From NCBI GenBank assembly GCA_002633005.1, contig NMRA01000414.1, forward strand, positions 62,001 to 126,000: a DNA stretch of 64,000 nucleotides. Reading direction: 5' to 3'. The DNA comes from Phoronis australis (taxonomy: Eukaryota; Animalia; Phoronida). The notes under the pieces are model-generated. The model did not search any database. It was not told the origin of the DNA and was given only the letters and a program-made list of their open reading frames with translations. Below are positions 1-12,876 of this stretch, one piece after another (position 1 is the stretch's first letter; the number at the start of each line of letters is the position of its first letter). The translations under genes were made by a program, and so were the position numbers.

Positions 1-381
1 GCTTTGCATGCGTGCGCACTGAATGAACCCAAACAAGTTCAGGATATTGATTTTATTTGTCAATGGTTGAAAATTAGAGTATAAGATCAATATACACTGC
101 AAACTGTTCTTCAAAACCCACAGAAAATCGAACTTTTTGGTATACCAAGGATTTAGTATAAAATTCCAAGTCTCTTACCTCTTGCAGTATAGAGAAAAAT
201 TAGCTTTCTGAAAAAGTACAAATTTACTCGGCGCAAAAGAACGCGTGCAAGCGCGTGGAGTAGTAGAAAATCGCGTGCAAAAGTATTTAATATTTGATTG
301 TGTGATTTCCCAGTTGTATTGCCCAGTAGAAAAGAATTCTTATCTTTTGTGACGTAAAGAAATCGAAAAACACTCTTCTCG

Positions 382-413
382 ATGAGTGTCTCTAATCGAT
401 CAAAAATCAAACG
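382..413 (+). CDS. ADGB: Candidate alternative first exon V1 of androglobin (MSVSNRSKIKR)
   Basis: ATG at 382, open to CG|GTAAGT; 32 nt = phase 2, compatible with exon 28664. Confidence 0.5.
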
Positions 414-722
414 GTAAGTTCATATGGATTGTTTTTGTAAATGTAGCGCTCAATACAATGTTAGCGATTGATGACGTCGATACGTCTACTGATAGCTGTG
501 TGTCGATGGACCGCGGACCTTAATTTTTTGTGGATTGCCTATCCGAAGACACTTACCGCCTCAAGATGGCCTGAATTTGCTGACAAGGGACTAGGTTTCA
601 TTGAAAAACGATTTTTCGGACGTAAGGGTAGTATTTGACGAAGTAATCGTCGCGTAGACGTCAGTCGCTTACGATAGCGAAATCACTACCAGATTCTGTT
701 GTCGTTGTCGAGTAAGTGCGAT

Positions 723-826
723 ATGATGAAGGATACGACGAAAAAAGGTCGTCTAACTCCTTCACGAAGCAAAGGAAATTCTGACAGAGACACGCCCACG
801 TTTAAAACCGCTACATATGGAGTTAT
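723..826 (+). CDS. ADGB: Candidate alternative first exon V2 (MMKDTTKKGRLTPSRSKGNSDRDTPTFKTATYGVM)
   Basis: ATG at 723, open to AT|GTAAGT; 104 nt = phase 2; basic, Ser/Thr-rich. Confidence 0.55.
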
Positions 827-2415
827 GTAAGTAAAAAGTTGATTTATCCTCCAATCCAAAGCATCATTAGATTAGTCTAGCTGAGACGAGGGCCAGATCT
901 AAGCTCTTCCATGCCAAATCTATAGTCTGAATCCGCGTCAACTAACGCAAGTTCCTTGTGTTAAAGGTGCACCCCCCAGAGTTTGCAAATAGTGAGACAT
1001 TAGCAAAGTGATTAACCATATTAAACTGGACTCGTAATCCAACTTACCCCTAAGGCAATCGGATCCAACCGTGAATATGAATGGAGAGTGCACCTGGAAG
1101 TGATTTGAAATACCCGTGTCTGCCGAAAGAGCTGATCAGCTCTTTCAAAAGTGATTCATTTTGACGCCCCTAGTTTTTATTGTTTAATGCCATGGAATAT
1201 TTTGTTCTGAGTGAACTTCATATTTGTCATCTAGGAGCACGCTTGAGACATATTTATCTAGAATGCCTAATGGCTTATAGTCGTAGAAAGTGTGTTGAGA
1301 CGAGGAAATAGGAAAGTCGACATTTTTAAGATCAAAGTGACATAAACATGAATGTGCCGATAAAGGGACTATTGTAGTAGACAATCTGGGATCTATTTGT
1401 CGCCATTGACTAGGGAAGCCAGTTCTTAACTTTTTATTGATCTTTGACATCAATTCACAAAGGTTTGCTGTCGCTCAAAGTCAGGTCCAGGTTTGGATTT
1501 CTTCAGATCCAAAGCTACACTAAGTCTGAAGGTTCCTGGACCAGTGATCAAAATGTTTTACGTATTGGATAATGCCAAAATTTCAATGTCTTTTATTTGG
1601 TAGAATTAAAAAGTACGATGTTTCCTCACCATTGGACGGCAGAGAGATCGTGAAATCGGTTTATCAACGGGCCTCAGAATTTTTCTTGCCCTCATAGCCT
1701 TTCTGCCATCTAAACCAATTATGAGATCAGCTGCGATTATTATGAAACACAATATCTTGTAAACGTGGTGTCCAACCCTGTCAAAAATGATGACAGTTGG
1801 CCTTCTTTCACTAGTCATTGCAGTGAGCGGTGTGTTTGGAGTTGCATTTTTGGGTGATTTTTAATTCAAAACGTCATTTTAGTAATTACCTTTATGAACA
1901 TTATAGTTATTTGCTGCTTAAAATATCATACATAATTATTTGCATAATTAAATGAGGCTTAATATTTCTTAAATAAAATCTTACTAATCGGCACAGGTAA
2001 AATGCCGACTATTAATGCTCAGGAGATCGCTTGCTCAAACATTGCCCTGTCAGTCTCGACGGATCAGCTGGAGATTGTCGTTAACGAGTGACGTCACGAG
2101 ATATGGAGTGTTTATCAACAAAAGGAACAGCAGAGCTAAATGGCACATAACTGGTGGTAGTGAAAAGATTTGAAAAGAAAATTAGGCTATCATAACACGC
2201 GAAATGACTGATCCGTTTATTAAATAGGCACTTTTATTGTGTTATTATTTACAAAGAACTTGCTGTGTTGAATAAAGACATGCGTTTGAATAACAATCAT
2301 TTTCAGTGAGTCTATAGCGACCAAGAAAAAAATCGTACGAGACATGGCAGCGCTATGCTGCTTCGTTTTTTGGTAATTGACGTTGTTTTGAAGAAAGTTT
2401 GTCGTTAAGCTGAAT

Positions 2416-2513
2416 ATGAAAAAGGGTGCTAAGACTCTCGGTGTAGAATCCGCCACGCCTAGGGGTGAATCCGCGGGAGCCGGAGGTCGAAACAGCCCGG
2501 GAGATAGGAAGGG
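2416..2513 (+). CDS. ADGB: Candidate alternative first exon V3 (MKKGAKTLGVESATPRGESAGAGGRNSPGDRKG)
   Basis: ATG at 2416, open to GG|GTAAGC; 98 nt = phase 2; GC-rich island in AT-rich flanks. Confidence 0.6.
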
Positions 2514-4088
2514 GTAAGCCATCACTGTAAAAATGCTAGCCATAGTTAACTACATAGATTTTTAACGAGTAAATCTCCATTGCCCTTAACGTAAAATAGT
2601 CTTTCTAATGGATCCATCTACACTTTAGTAGTTATCGCAGATCTAGATCTGACAAATATTCATAATAAGTTTTATTTTCAACTTGTTGGTCTGACTTGTT
2701 GTATGTACATGTTCATGAATATAGAATTCGGTATAAAATAATCTGTTGTCCAGAACTTTCAATGTCACAGTCGGTATGTTTGCTTATTTTGATTCCACTG
2801 ATTGCTTTCGTGTCTCGCTGTCGTTGTCACCGTTGGTATAATTGGTATTGTGATGTTTGCAGTCAACATCGTCTGCACTAAATGAAGTTGAGAAACGGTG
2901 TTTACTGCAGTATTGCAACCTTGTTCACTCTTCAACTAGCCGAAGGTGCAGATTGACTGTGTTGTAAATTAGTAATTAACTACTCAGAAACAAAAACAAA
3001 AATGCTAAGGGTATCCGCTGTCCATCTGTTGTTGCGAAGTCTGCCACTAGGTGGTCTACTCTTTTGCATTATCTGTAGGCTATTCTTCCCCGGTCGTTAC
3101 TGGCCCTTCTTCATCAATTGTTCTGAAAGAGGTTGTCCTTCAAATGCTGATGGCTCGAAGTGCCGGTGGACGACTGAGACCCTTTTGCTGTAACAAATTA
3201 ATTGTCTTACAAAGGGAGCGTTACTAGGTAAAAATATGGTGGAATTGGTCGCACTTCTAGTGAAGCTCAAAGGAATGTGATAGATACAAGTGGAAATATA
3301 TTTCGAATAACTCAATTAACATAACAACTCATGCATAGGCAAAATTTGACTCACTAGTGTATTTAGGGCATCCACACTTTGAATACGGTTTTCGAACGTA
3401 TATGTATACTGCTTATGTGAATCTTAATGTGATTATTAACAGTATCGCCGCTTCTTTTGTATTGATGCTATGGTCAAATCTGATATATCACATTTTTTCG
3501 TTGAATCATCATTTCTTAAGCCGAAAGTTAACCTTTACTTGGGAATTCGAACGTGTGAAGATACCGGGTGCAGCAATAATCCCGTAATCCTTTGATTTTG
3601 ATGACCCGTAGTCTGCGGGTGTGCTCCACTCACAATAGTGATCAAATAGACTAATTTTAAAAAACCCATTCATATAACTTAAGGAAGGTGATGCAACAAT
3701 GCTCGTGTGAATATCAGGAACTTCCATTGAAGATGTACATTAATGTCCTTTTCACAATCGGAAGCCGGGGATTAGCTGACTGTTGAATGACTTGGCCTAA
3801 CAGTGATGGTCTCCTGACGACTCAAGCATCCTGCAGAGGACATACGTATTGTTTATCATTGTTATCACAAGATTTCGTTGGGTTCTAATGGCTCGGATGA
3901 TTAGGTAATTTTAATACGATGTAATATTCATGTAGTACAAGGACTCCTATAATGACAGACATTTCAATTTGTCAACAAAAGGTTAACGGCTGCGTGTTTT
4001 CTGGGAGTAACATATTATAGTCCTAGGTGTTTTGACGGTCGTTGTTCGTAGTGTGACTGAAAAAGTGTCCTATAAGGCGAAATGCAAA

Positions 4089-4153
4089 ATGTTTCGACGG
4101 AAATCTTTACAGATAGCCTCCATCGCTAGTTTATCGATGAATGATAAACGAAG
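4089..4153 (+). CDS. ADGB: Candidate alternative first exon V4 (MFRRKSLQIASIASLSMNDKRR)
   Basis: AAAATG start, open to AAG|GTAAGC; 65 nt = phase 2. Confidence 0.55.
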
Positions 4154-7084
4154 GTAAGCGACATTAGTGAAATCGATCTGTAGTGTTGGTGATCTTCTTT
4201 ACCCGTAAGTAGTGCTCCTGCGAATGTGATCAATGTCTGCTTGTTCCAAGTCCTTCCAACAAAAAGCGCTTCTATATATGTGAGCTTTTGGGTCATAAGA
4301 TGATCGTGTACAGGAAAAATGGAGGAAATCATTGTAAAATGTGTGAAACTTTTTAGTTACCATTGAGTTATGAAAATCAGCACTGTTGGCGAGTGTTAGT
4401 CGTTTTCGGTATACTCCGTGTTCAGAGCGCATTAAAGAACCTTTAAATCCACCTGTTGGCATAAAAAAGTACTTTGGTATAGGCTGTTTACAATCGTGGA
4501 CCCGATCTCAACTTGTTCGTTACCAATGATTTCTAGGCTTGTTAAGAACTGACAGGTCGCTGTTGCTTTAGACCACGCATAGCAAGTTTATGACCAGCCT
4601 GGTCCGTCTTCTGTACCGCGTGTGGTTTGAAGAGACATCGAACTGTCACTTCACCACAACCCGGCCACAGTCCGGCATGTATTGCACCTTCCAATGGCAT
4701 GACGCAATCGTACTGAGACGAGCGTAAAGTTCACATTGCTCACGTTTCTCCAGGAGCACGGAATCATTGAAGTTCCGATCTCAATGCGATGCCCACAAGA
4801 AGAGATCTAGAAAACCGAGCTTTTATTTCCGGCTAACCCGTTTGAATAAATGAAATTAAGCTGTTATGTTTAAGTATTTTGAAATCACGACTTTGTTCGT
4901 GATCTCTCGAGACGCCGGTCTTTATCTTTTACTTGAAGGTCGCACTATTTCGAACCCCGAAATATGTGTGATGCATTTCTCAGTAGTAGTATGGTGTTTT
5001 TCACCAAAAATATCCAATCTAACCAAACTGTAGTCATGTTGTCCTTTTTCGTCTGCTTTGTAACACCTTCGAAGCGAGTGATGCGCAACAGGTTTTTGTG
5101 TCGTAGCATAATATGAGTAGACCGTTTACACATCGAGGCACACTAATTTCTCGATTAGTATCATCATTAGTGAATTAAATTTATCAAATTCACCAGGGCG
5201 AAATATTTTAAGATGTTAAAAATCCTGTTGTGAAAATTTCCAACTGCCAACTGTCCAGTAGAGTTTTATTACAAAAAAGATTAATGTACAATATCTGGGC
5301 TTCAAAACTTCCGACATAGTTATCAATACATATGGATGATAACTTTTAAGGAGAGAGAGAGGGGGGNGAAAGGGAGAGGGGGAGGGAGAGAGGGGGAGTG
5401 AGAGATAATACGTCTATTAACTTCTATAACAATTAGTAAATTCAATAAAACAGCCGTATAGATATAAATATAAGCCGGTGGTGTCTACATGAATACACCA
5501 AGAGTTCCAGTGATACATACAGAGGATGACCATTATAAGTGTAAAAATAAATATTGATAAATAATGTATATAAATTTTGATGTATAGTACGAGTGTACGA
5601 TGACTTGCCAATAAATATCAAGAACAAGTGTTATACTTACTAACAAATATGAAGTACAAATAAAATAAATGTTTTAGAATAAGGCACGATTAAAACAAGT
5701 AATCCCTAAAAACAAACATTTAGCAACTATTCTGAATAAAGTCACATTTCTCTTGTTTTAAGTTTTCTATAAACTTTAAGCAGAAAGTTAATTTTATCAA
5801 ACACTTTTGGTTATTCTGACTAAATGTTGCTATCGTAAGAGAAATCTGCCGTGGAAGCGAGACCTAGACAGGAGAGGAGCGCGTGGTAAGTTTAGATCAC
5901 ACGTTGACCGATAGATGTAGCATGTGTAGTTACCGGCAAATGAATTTTTCCATCAGTACAGAAATTTGAAGAGAGATCTCATACATGAAGGTAATGAAAT
6001 ATTCTTTGGTTGTTTACACTGAGAAATACCAACACTGAGATCGCAGTAAGTCGATAAGAGGCTTTACAATCCGTTGTGCGACTTAATTCTCATCGAATTG
6101 CCATGTAAACTCGGGAATACGGTATAATAATCATCGTTATACAATACGGGATTTATTACAACAAGTGCGATACCAAATTGAATTGAGATTGGTTCTGTTC
6201 CTTTTATCAACCGTCTTTTCAACGTGTTTTCAGTTATGCAACATTCATATTTACTCGTAAGATTTCATAATACACATATCTGCACCTATCAGAGGGAAAG
6301 CAGATCGTTCGCTGCATATTGTACAAAAATGCTACTTCGTCGAGTGCTGCAGTTGGCTCGCTACACTGCACACGTTTGGTAAATTTTTTAATTAATTTCC
6401 ACCGAATTAAGGTTGTAGACCCACGGAATCTCCGAGGTTGTTACCGAGTGCAACTGAACTTGAACCAGTTTCTGAATTTGTTCAGTCCTTGAGAATCGGA
6501 CAACGGCTGTTTGCTGATGGTGAAAAATCACTTCGGACTTGATGATAGCCATATTTATCTTATCGAGAGGTATCGAGGGAGATAAAAGGCATACAGAGTT
6601 ACAATCATCGCCCAAAGCCGGCAAAGTGTAATCGGATTAAGGTGAAAAAAATACGAAAAGTATAGTACGTGTAAGACAACGTAACGTTAATCGTCGTTGG
6701 ATTAGTGTTAATCTCAGTTTGCTTAAAGCGAAAAACTCTGACCGTGTTGACACCTTTCCGTAAGTCCTTATTGAAAAATCTTTCGATGTCGCTGGTCTGT
6801 TATTGTTACGAACTCGATTTCCAGTTGTTTTGAGAGTAATAGCGACAATCGTGACTTTGAAACACAGGTGAGGCATGTTCTATTACGAGTCGCTCTCTCG
6901 TTGTAAGGTGTGATACCGCGTTCCAATGTGAAGCGTATTAGGACTTAAATGTTGACCACCTGTAGCTGCCTTTTGTGCCGATTTCAACGCAGGAGACTGC
7001 AAAAAGAAGCCAGGCGTATATTAGAAAACTGTTGTTACATAGCTACACAGTCGATTTCAGTACACGAGTGAGATTCGCTTTGCC

Positions 7085-7194
7085 ATGTCAAGCACCAGAA
7101 AACTGAACACCCTCAAAGTACCGGGGGCAGGGGCCACCGAGAGGCCCTCCTCTGCATCCTCCAACGGCTCTCGGCCGAGGTCTGCCCGCAGGCG
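7085..7194 (+). CDS. ADGB: Candidate alternative first exon V5 (MSSTRKLNTLKVPGAGATERPSSASSNGSRPRSARRR)
   Basis: GCCATG start, GC-rich, open to CG|GTAAGT; 110 nt = phase 2; two RPxSA motifs. Confidence 0.7.
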
Positions 7195-10100
7195 GTAAGT
7201 ACAGAGGAGGAAGGCCGTTCATTTGACCATATTTCTGAACGATACTTATGTCGAAAAGAGCATCGTTTTAATCTGTCTGTGAAAAACGAAAATAGTTTTA
7301 AGGAAAAGAGAGACAACGGAGCTAGATAAAACAGAGCCAAATAGTGGCGAAATGTCAAGTGGGAAATATATGGCAAAATATCCACGAAACGTAGATTAAA
7401 ATATCAAACTCTTTGCTGCAAACATGAATGTGTCTAAGTAATACATGCCCATGAATAATGTCAAGACGTGTTCTCACTGAAGTATGACATTTTTACGCAG
7501 TTGTTTGGATCCAAAGACTGGGAGAATAAAAACTTTATGAAAACTAGACTCCACAAAGTTCGTGGTATGTGCGGTGTTTTTGATTCACCATTCCATTGAA
7601 AAATGTAAAAGAACATGGTCAACTATTTTCCCCAATATTCTTGATGCCCGAATAGAAATTTAAGGCTATGCCAAGGTCTTTACTAAAATCCCTTTTTAAC
7701 CGGAGTTTCCCAGTTTTTCAAATATTTAGATCATGGAGATAAACAGCAGAAATTATTTTATCTTCAAATCTATCATTGTTTTTTACCTATTTATCAAACA
7801 TTGTTACTACAACATGTAGTAAGATGCGAATATAACTAATATGACTAATATTGCTAATATTACTAGACACAGCAATTTTTGTCAGCCGAACTTGCTTTTT
7901 GTGAGTTTCTGATAACAGGTGATCACATGAGCTAACCATTTTAGTGCCTGTGGCGAGCCAAGGCCATTTTAGGTAGATTCCAACGTTTATGGTTTTCGCT
8001 TATTCTGCAACCAATTGTGTTTGTTTCTTGAGTGAGTCATTGTTCCTAGTGAATGATTTCGTGAATTTATCTTGATTTTTTGTGAAAATGGATTATGCCG
8101 TTATCAATAAGGAATTCTTTGCAAAGACAGAGCTGAAAAGATTGGTCTTGTCAGCCAGGGAATTTCTGGTATGCAATACCTGGAGATTACTCACAGCTAC
8201 AGTTGTGTGTTTCTATAGTTTTCTGAACAGGTCATGAAGACGTGAAAACGCTCATCAAAATAGTGCATAGGCAAATTCGTATAATATCGGCTTCCCAATA
8301 ACAACCAATGCAATAGTTGCGAGTTCTGCAGAATTTTGCATCGCTTGTTTCAGAAGTTCTTTTAACAAAATAGATCCTGTCTTCAGATTGGCTGGCCGTT
8401 CACCGGTTGGGTCAACCGAGTGGGGTCATCGATCTCCATGTCGACTTCCGGTTGATAGACCAATCAAATGTCTTATTATAGTCGGTTGACTCGGCGGAAT
8501 CGGTGAAGAGTTTCAAGTGCAGCCAATGAGAGATCAAACATTTACGTTGGGACCAAATGGCGTCCCATGTACGTTTACTTACGATCAGGGAGTATTGTGA
8601 AACGATACAGCACAGCCTATGAACTAGTTCACCGAAGCATTTCGTAACCAATACGAACACGTTGCAAGAAGACTTACAGTGTTCTTGATATTCAATGATT
8701 ACACTTTTTTGTTTTAACACGTCTAACTAGAACGTAATGTGCCAAATCAAGGGCTTGCCCCATAAGAAAGTACTGTATTAGATTGGCTGATAATGGCTCA
8801 ATCATAATGGTTAATTAGGGACGAATCTAGAATTTTGAGTTAGGGAGGACCAGGGCAGAGTATTACCCAGGATTTTGCCCGTCAGACATTCGCACCCCCG
8901 AACTGACCAATGGAATCTGGGAGAATTTTAGGGGTCCATGGCCCTCTTGCCCCCTTCCCCCTAAATCCGCTATAAGCATCAAGAAATTAAATGACAAATA
9001 TTTAAACTGTAAAACAGCTGATTAAAGGGATACATCACTGTGGATGACTGAAATAATGCATGGCACGTGTTGTCATGACAGTAAGAATTTCCGAAAACAC
9101 GTGGTAGATGTATTTTGCCCTTAGTCTTGTCCAAAGATAGGCACGTAAACGAGAACCGAGAATTCTTTTTATTTTATTGTCATTTTTCAAATCACGAGTT
9201 AAGTGCCCGCGCAGTTAGAATTAACAAATCTTTCATGACTTGTGCTGTCTGTGCTTCGTCCACTTGTTCAGAGCACATTACAGTTTAACTAGTTAAAATA
9301 TGATCTGTTGTGATAATTGATATGATATTATACGATATTAAAGCCGCCTTGCGGACTTGTTGAGGTCGTAGCTAAATGAACAAAAACTTTATTTACATAT
9401 TAGAAACTACCACGCGCTGTCTCAACGGACAAAGGGTTGCTGGATTGCCATCGGCCTACTTAGAACAGAACTTGATACAAATCCCAAAATGTAGAATATA
9501 AATTCCCACGGGAAATATTACAAAATATTTCGTTCGTACAGTTGTCAACATTTGGGGATTTGAATGATTATTTTCGAGTCACATTGCTGGTGAAAGCTGC
9601 AACTTTCGGTACCAGGAGAGGTTCAGGTTTTGATTTTTTGACAAAAAATGCCTTCCAGATCTATAAGAATCTTTCGTTTTTGCAATTTAGTTATAAAAAA
9701 TAATGAATCTAGTGCCACTTACACTAGCTGGGAATGCTAATGTAGTTATGGCCGTAAATAAGTCAAACAACGCGGTGCATGAATGTTTCACAATTCGGTT
9801 TCAGTTCGAAAGTTGGTAAATTACCGAATAACCACGTAGTCAAACGCATGTAATAATAGCATGCGAAGTTAAACTTAATAGTTAATTTAGGCACATGTGC
9901 CTAATATATGAAAAGTACTCGAGGAAAATCAAAGACGCGTTTGGAGAATGTGAGTGAAGGTTTTAGATGTTGACACGGTTTTCAATTGCGAACTGGTTAG
10001 TAGAAAGGGACGACGAATGGTTTTAGAAAAGTTTGTAATACATTGACTTGCACAAGGGACACAGTTCTATACCAGTTAGTGAAGCTTATTCATATAAAGC

Positions 10101-11029
10101 CTTCGATCAAATTTCTGTTTGAAATAAAGCATAATTTCCGTAATTGTATTATTGGCACATGAGCCTAAATACCTGCATATTCTGCACAAATGTAAATTGT
10201 ATTTTAGGTACACTGTAGTATCCGGTAAAAATTATACCCCCAGAGACATTATCGGCGAGAAAAGTAATTAGCCTCAGCGCGGAATCGAGCTTGGAACGCG
10301 ATTGCGAGCTAACGCTATGCTGGCAGAGCTAAGCCCCTTAGATAAATGGCGGAGCACTTAATCGTACTTACAGGTAAAGTCAGCAGCCTTGATTTTAGCG
10401 AACGTCTGGTTGAAAACGAATTTTGCTGTTTTATAGCCCGAAGATAATCCTAAAACACGCTTTTCTGTCCATATTGTCCGTTTAAAGTAATCGTTTCATG
10501 TTTTTCAGTCTTTTCCCAAAACAAAAAAGTATTTATCAGGTTTCAGTTTCTTCAAGGTTTTTTTTTTGCTTCAAGTTGATAATATGATAATGTCGCATAT
10601 TATTTAATTTTATTGTGATGCGACACAGTGGTTTGACGCTGCAGTGAACTTTAGCGTGAGAAATTTGAATATTTCATGAGTAACTCTATCCGTAAAAACA
10701 ACCCAAGGCTAGGCGTCTAACGTTCGTCTTACTACATCCTATAGGAGGATTTAGGTTAACATATTCTTTTCATGTCGCAGCACCGAGAACGCGCATGAAT
10801 TTCAAAATTAGCTATGTGTTAGCCTTGCAGGTATCAATACGTCCTTGGTTTAACCTTTGCATTTGAACGAACTCTATCGCTTGCTGGCACTCGAGTGGGC
10901 AGACATTTGTTGCGGTTCTGGACGCATTTCTTTCGCGAGCTTGAAAACAAATCATGGTAATCACGGTTTGACTGCAGTCGACTTGGTTGTTGAAGTTTCA
11001 TTTCGGACCCCTGTTTCGGCAATCACAGA

Positions 11030-11112
11030 ATGCCAGGTCGACGCAGGGCTGGGCATCCCAAGCCCACTTGTAGAACTATACTCCAAGCTAGCTCTCTTGG
11101 CATGGTCAGTTG
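11030..11112 (+). CDS. ADGB: Candidate alternative first exon V6 (MPGRRRAGHPKPTCRTILQASSLGMVSW)
   Basis: ATG at 11030, open to TG|GTAAGT; 83 nt = phase 2. Confidence 0.45.
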
Positions 11113-12694
11113 GTAAGTCGGTCGGTTTGTCTTTTGACGGTTGCATTTTCTTGTCTCGAAAATTTACCTTCTGGCGTAAGGTGGCGCTTGAAGGCGCGTC
11201 GAACCTGCGTCCAGTTGAAATACTATGTCACGAGGAATACATTTTAAAAGGGAATGTCCAGTTGCAACGTCTTGAAAAAGCATCGTTACTGCAACTCGTA
11301 ACATTTTGTCATTTCGCTGTTGTCATTTCTCTGGATATGTGCCGTTTTTGGTTTCAACTTGAAGTCTTTGGCGGTAGAACGTTCCAGGCGTATTATTCTA
11401 CACGACTTCGGAATTGGCTTTTCATAATTCTATCTCGAATAAAACTTAAAGTAGCTTATTGGACACCATAACAAAAACGTGCTTGTTGTAGTTTGCATAT
11501 GGACACGTTGAGTCGCGCTCTGCCTTTAGAACAAAAACATTATATGCAATAGAGTCGGTAAAAGTCATAATGCTAAGAACAAATTTTCGTCTAGTGTTCA
11601 CTGGAACACAGAACAATAAGTTTGCTATGAATTTTTATTTCCATTTTCCTTCAGTGTTATTTCTAGGAAGGTATCCTTCAACTGTTTATGAATAAATCTC
11701 TAGTGGTCATAGCTAGTGTTTGATGATACTGAGAGTCGATTCATCCATTTGTCGTTAGTTGTTCTAAACTTGAGGAAATTCAACGCATTTCAGTTCTGGA
11801 TATTTCTACACAGAACGTCAAACTTTGCTTAAGACTAGACTCGAAAATTGACCAATCAAATCAACGACGTTACATTGGAAAATGACTCGAAGCGTCTCCC
11901 GCTATTCGTCAACTTTTAAGTCGAGTGTGGACATAAAGCTCGGTGGTCAGGTGCTTAGGTCTGTTGTTTAAATTTGGTTCTGTTATTTTTACAAAAAAAT
12001 GTGACAACTCTATGCCCGTTCATGTTTCGATTGAAGTATCTAAAGTTTGATTTCGCTGATCTAGTCGAATCAATATTTCCAAAACTAATTCCGTAAAGTG
12101 GTTAACTTCTCAGAGACACTCATACTCAGTGATGAAAATCACACGTTTTGATGGCTTTCTTCGAGTTCTTTTATCCTTGGACCTGTTTGTTGGAATTCGT
12201 GATGCAAGCAATAATTATCATAATTATTCTAAGATCTCGTTGACTTAAGAGTCTGTAATAGGATTACCTCCCCGCTAGTCAATCTTAGCAAACACTGGTT
12301 TGCTCCAATGTTGCTAAATTCGTCTATACTTGATATCATTAGGGGCTAGACTCTTCTCTAAAAGGAACTGTTGTGACAATTCTGTGTCGCATTTTCACTA
12401 AATCGCTGAAAATTAGATGCAGACAACTGAGACAAGACGTCATCGTTTATGCATTCCTTTGTGTGCGTTTCATGTGGACAGTTTGTGGATCGCCTTTTAC
12501 GCTTCCATTGCAACTGCCATCCGCCAGGGGCTATCATCGAAACTAACACATACAAGTCAGGCGTAAGCCTAATCGGCGTTCAACGCATCTAGTCCGACGT
12601 CAGCACTGGGGCAGTCAAGCAACGAGTCGTTTTTTTTTTTGGTATACATTTTATTTTTGGTGTTTGAGCACTTTTTACGAACGTTTACAAAAAC

Positions 12695-12876
12695 ATGACC
12701 ACACCGTATTCAGACACGTCTCAGTCGGCTCATGCCGTCACAAGCGCTGGAATGACGAGCCAAAAGCGGCCGCCGAAATCTTTCGCCAGGACGGCTTCAA
12801 GAAGTGTCGTCTTCCGAGACACGCCGAGTACCGACAGTCGTTCGTCAACACACAGTAACAAGTCTTTCGGAAAACG
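12695..12876 (+). CDS. ADGB: Candidate alternative first exon V7 (MTTPYSDTSQ...SNKSFGKR)
   Basis: AACATG start, 60 codons of Ser/Thr/Arg-rich ORF ending at CG|GTAAGT; 182 nt = phase 2. Confidence 0.65.

Noticed and set aside
4116-4127. 12-nt identity GCCTCCATCGCT shared with exon 28664
   Set aside because: Too short to support exon duplication; flanks do not align.
8088-8168. MDYAVINKEFF... segment ending at GTATGC
   Set aside because: Phase 0 with a weaker donor; cannot join exon 28664 in frame.
10346-10373. ATG...CAG|GTAAAG as another variable first exon
   Set aside because: Phase 1, so out of frame with exon 28664; recorded as a counter-example to the phase-2 pattern.
10857-11471. 204-aa + strand ORF and overlapping minus-strand ORFs
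   Set aside because: TTG start and no recognisable domain; the minus frame is interrupted by several TGA stops; no supporting exon chain found.
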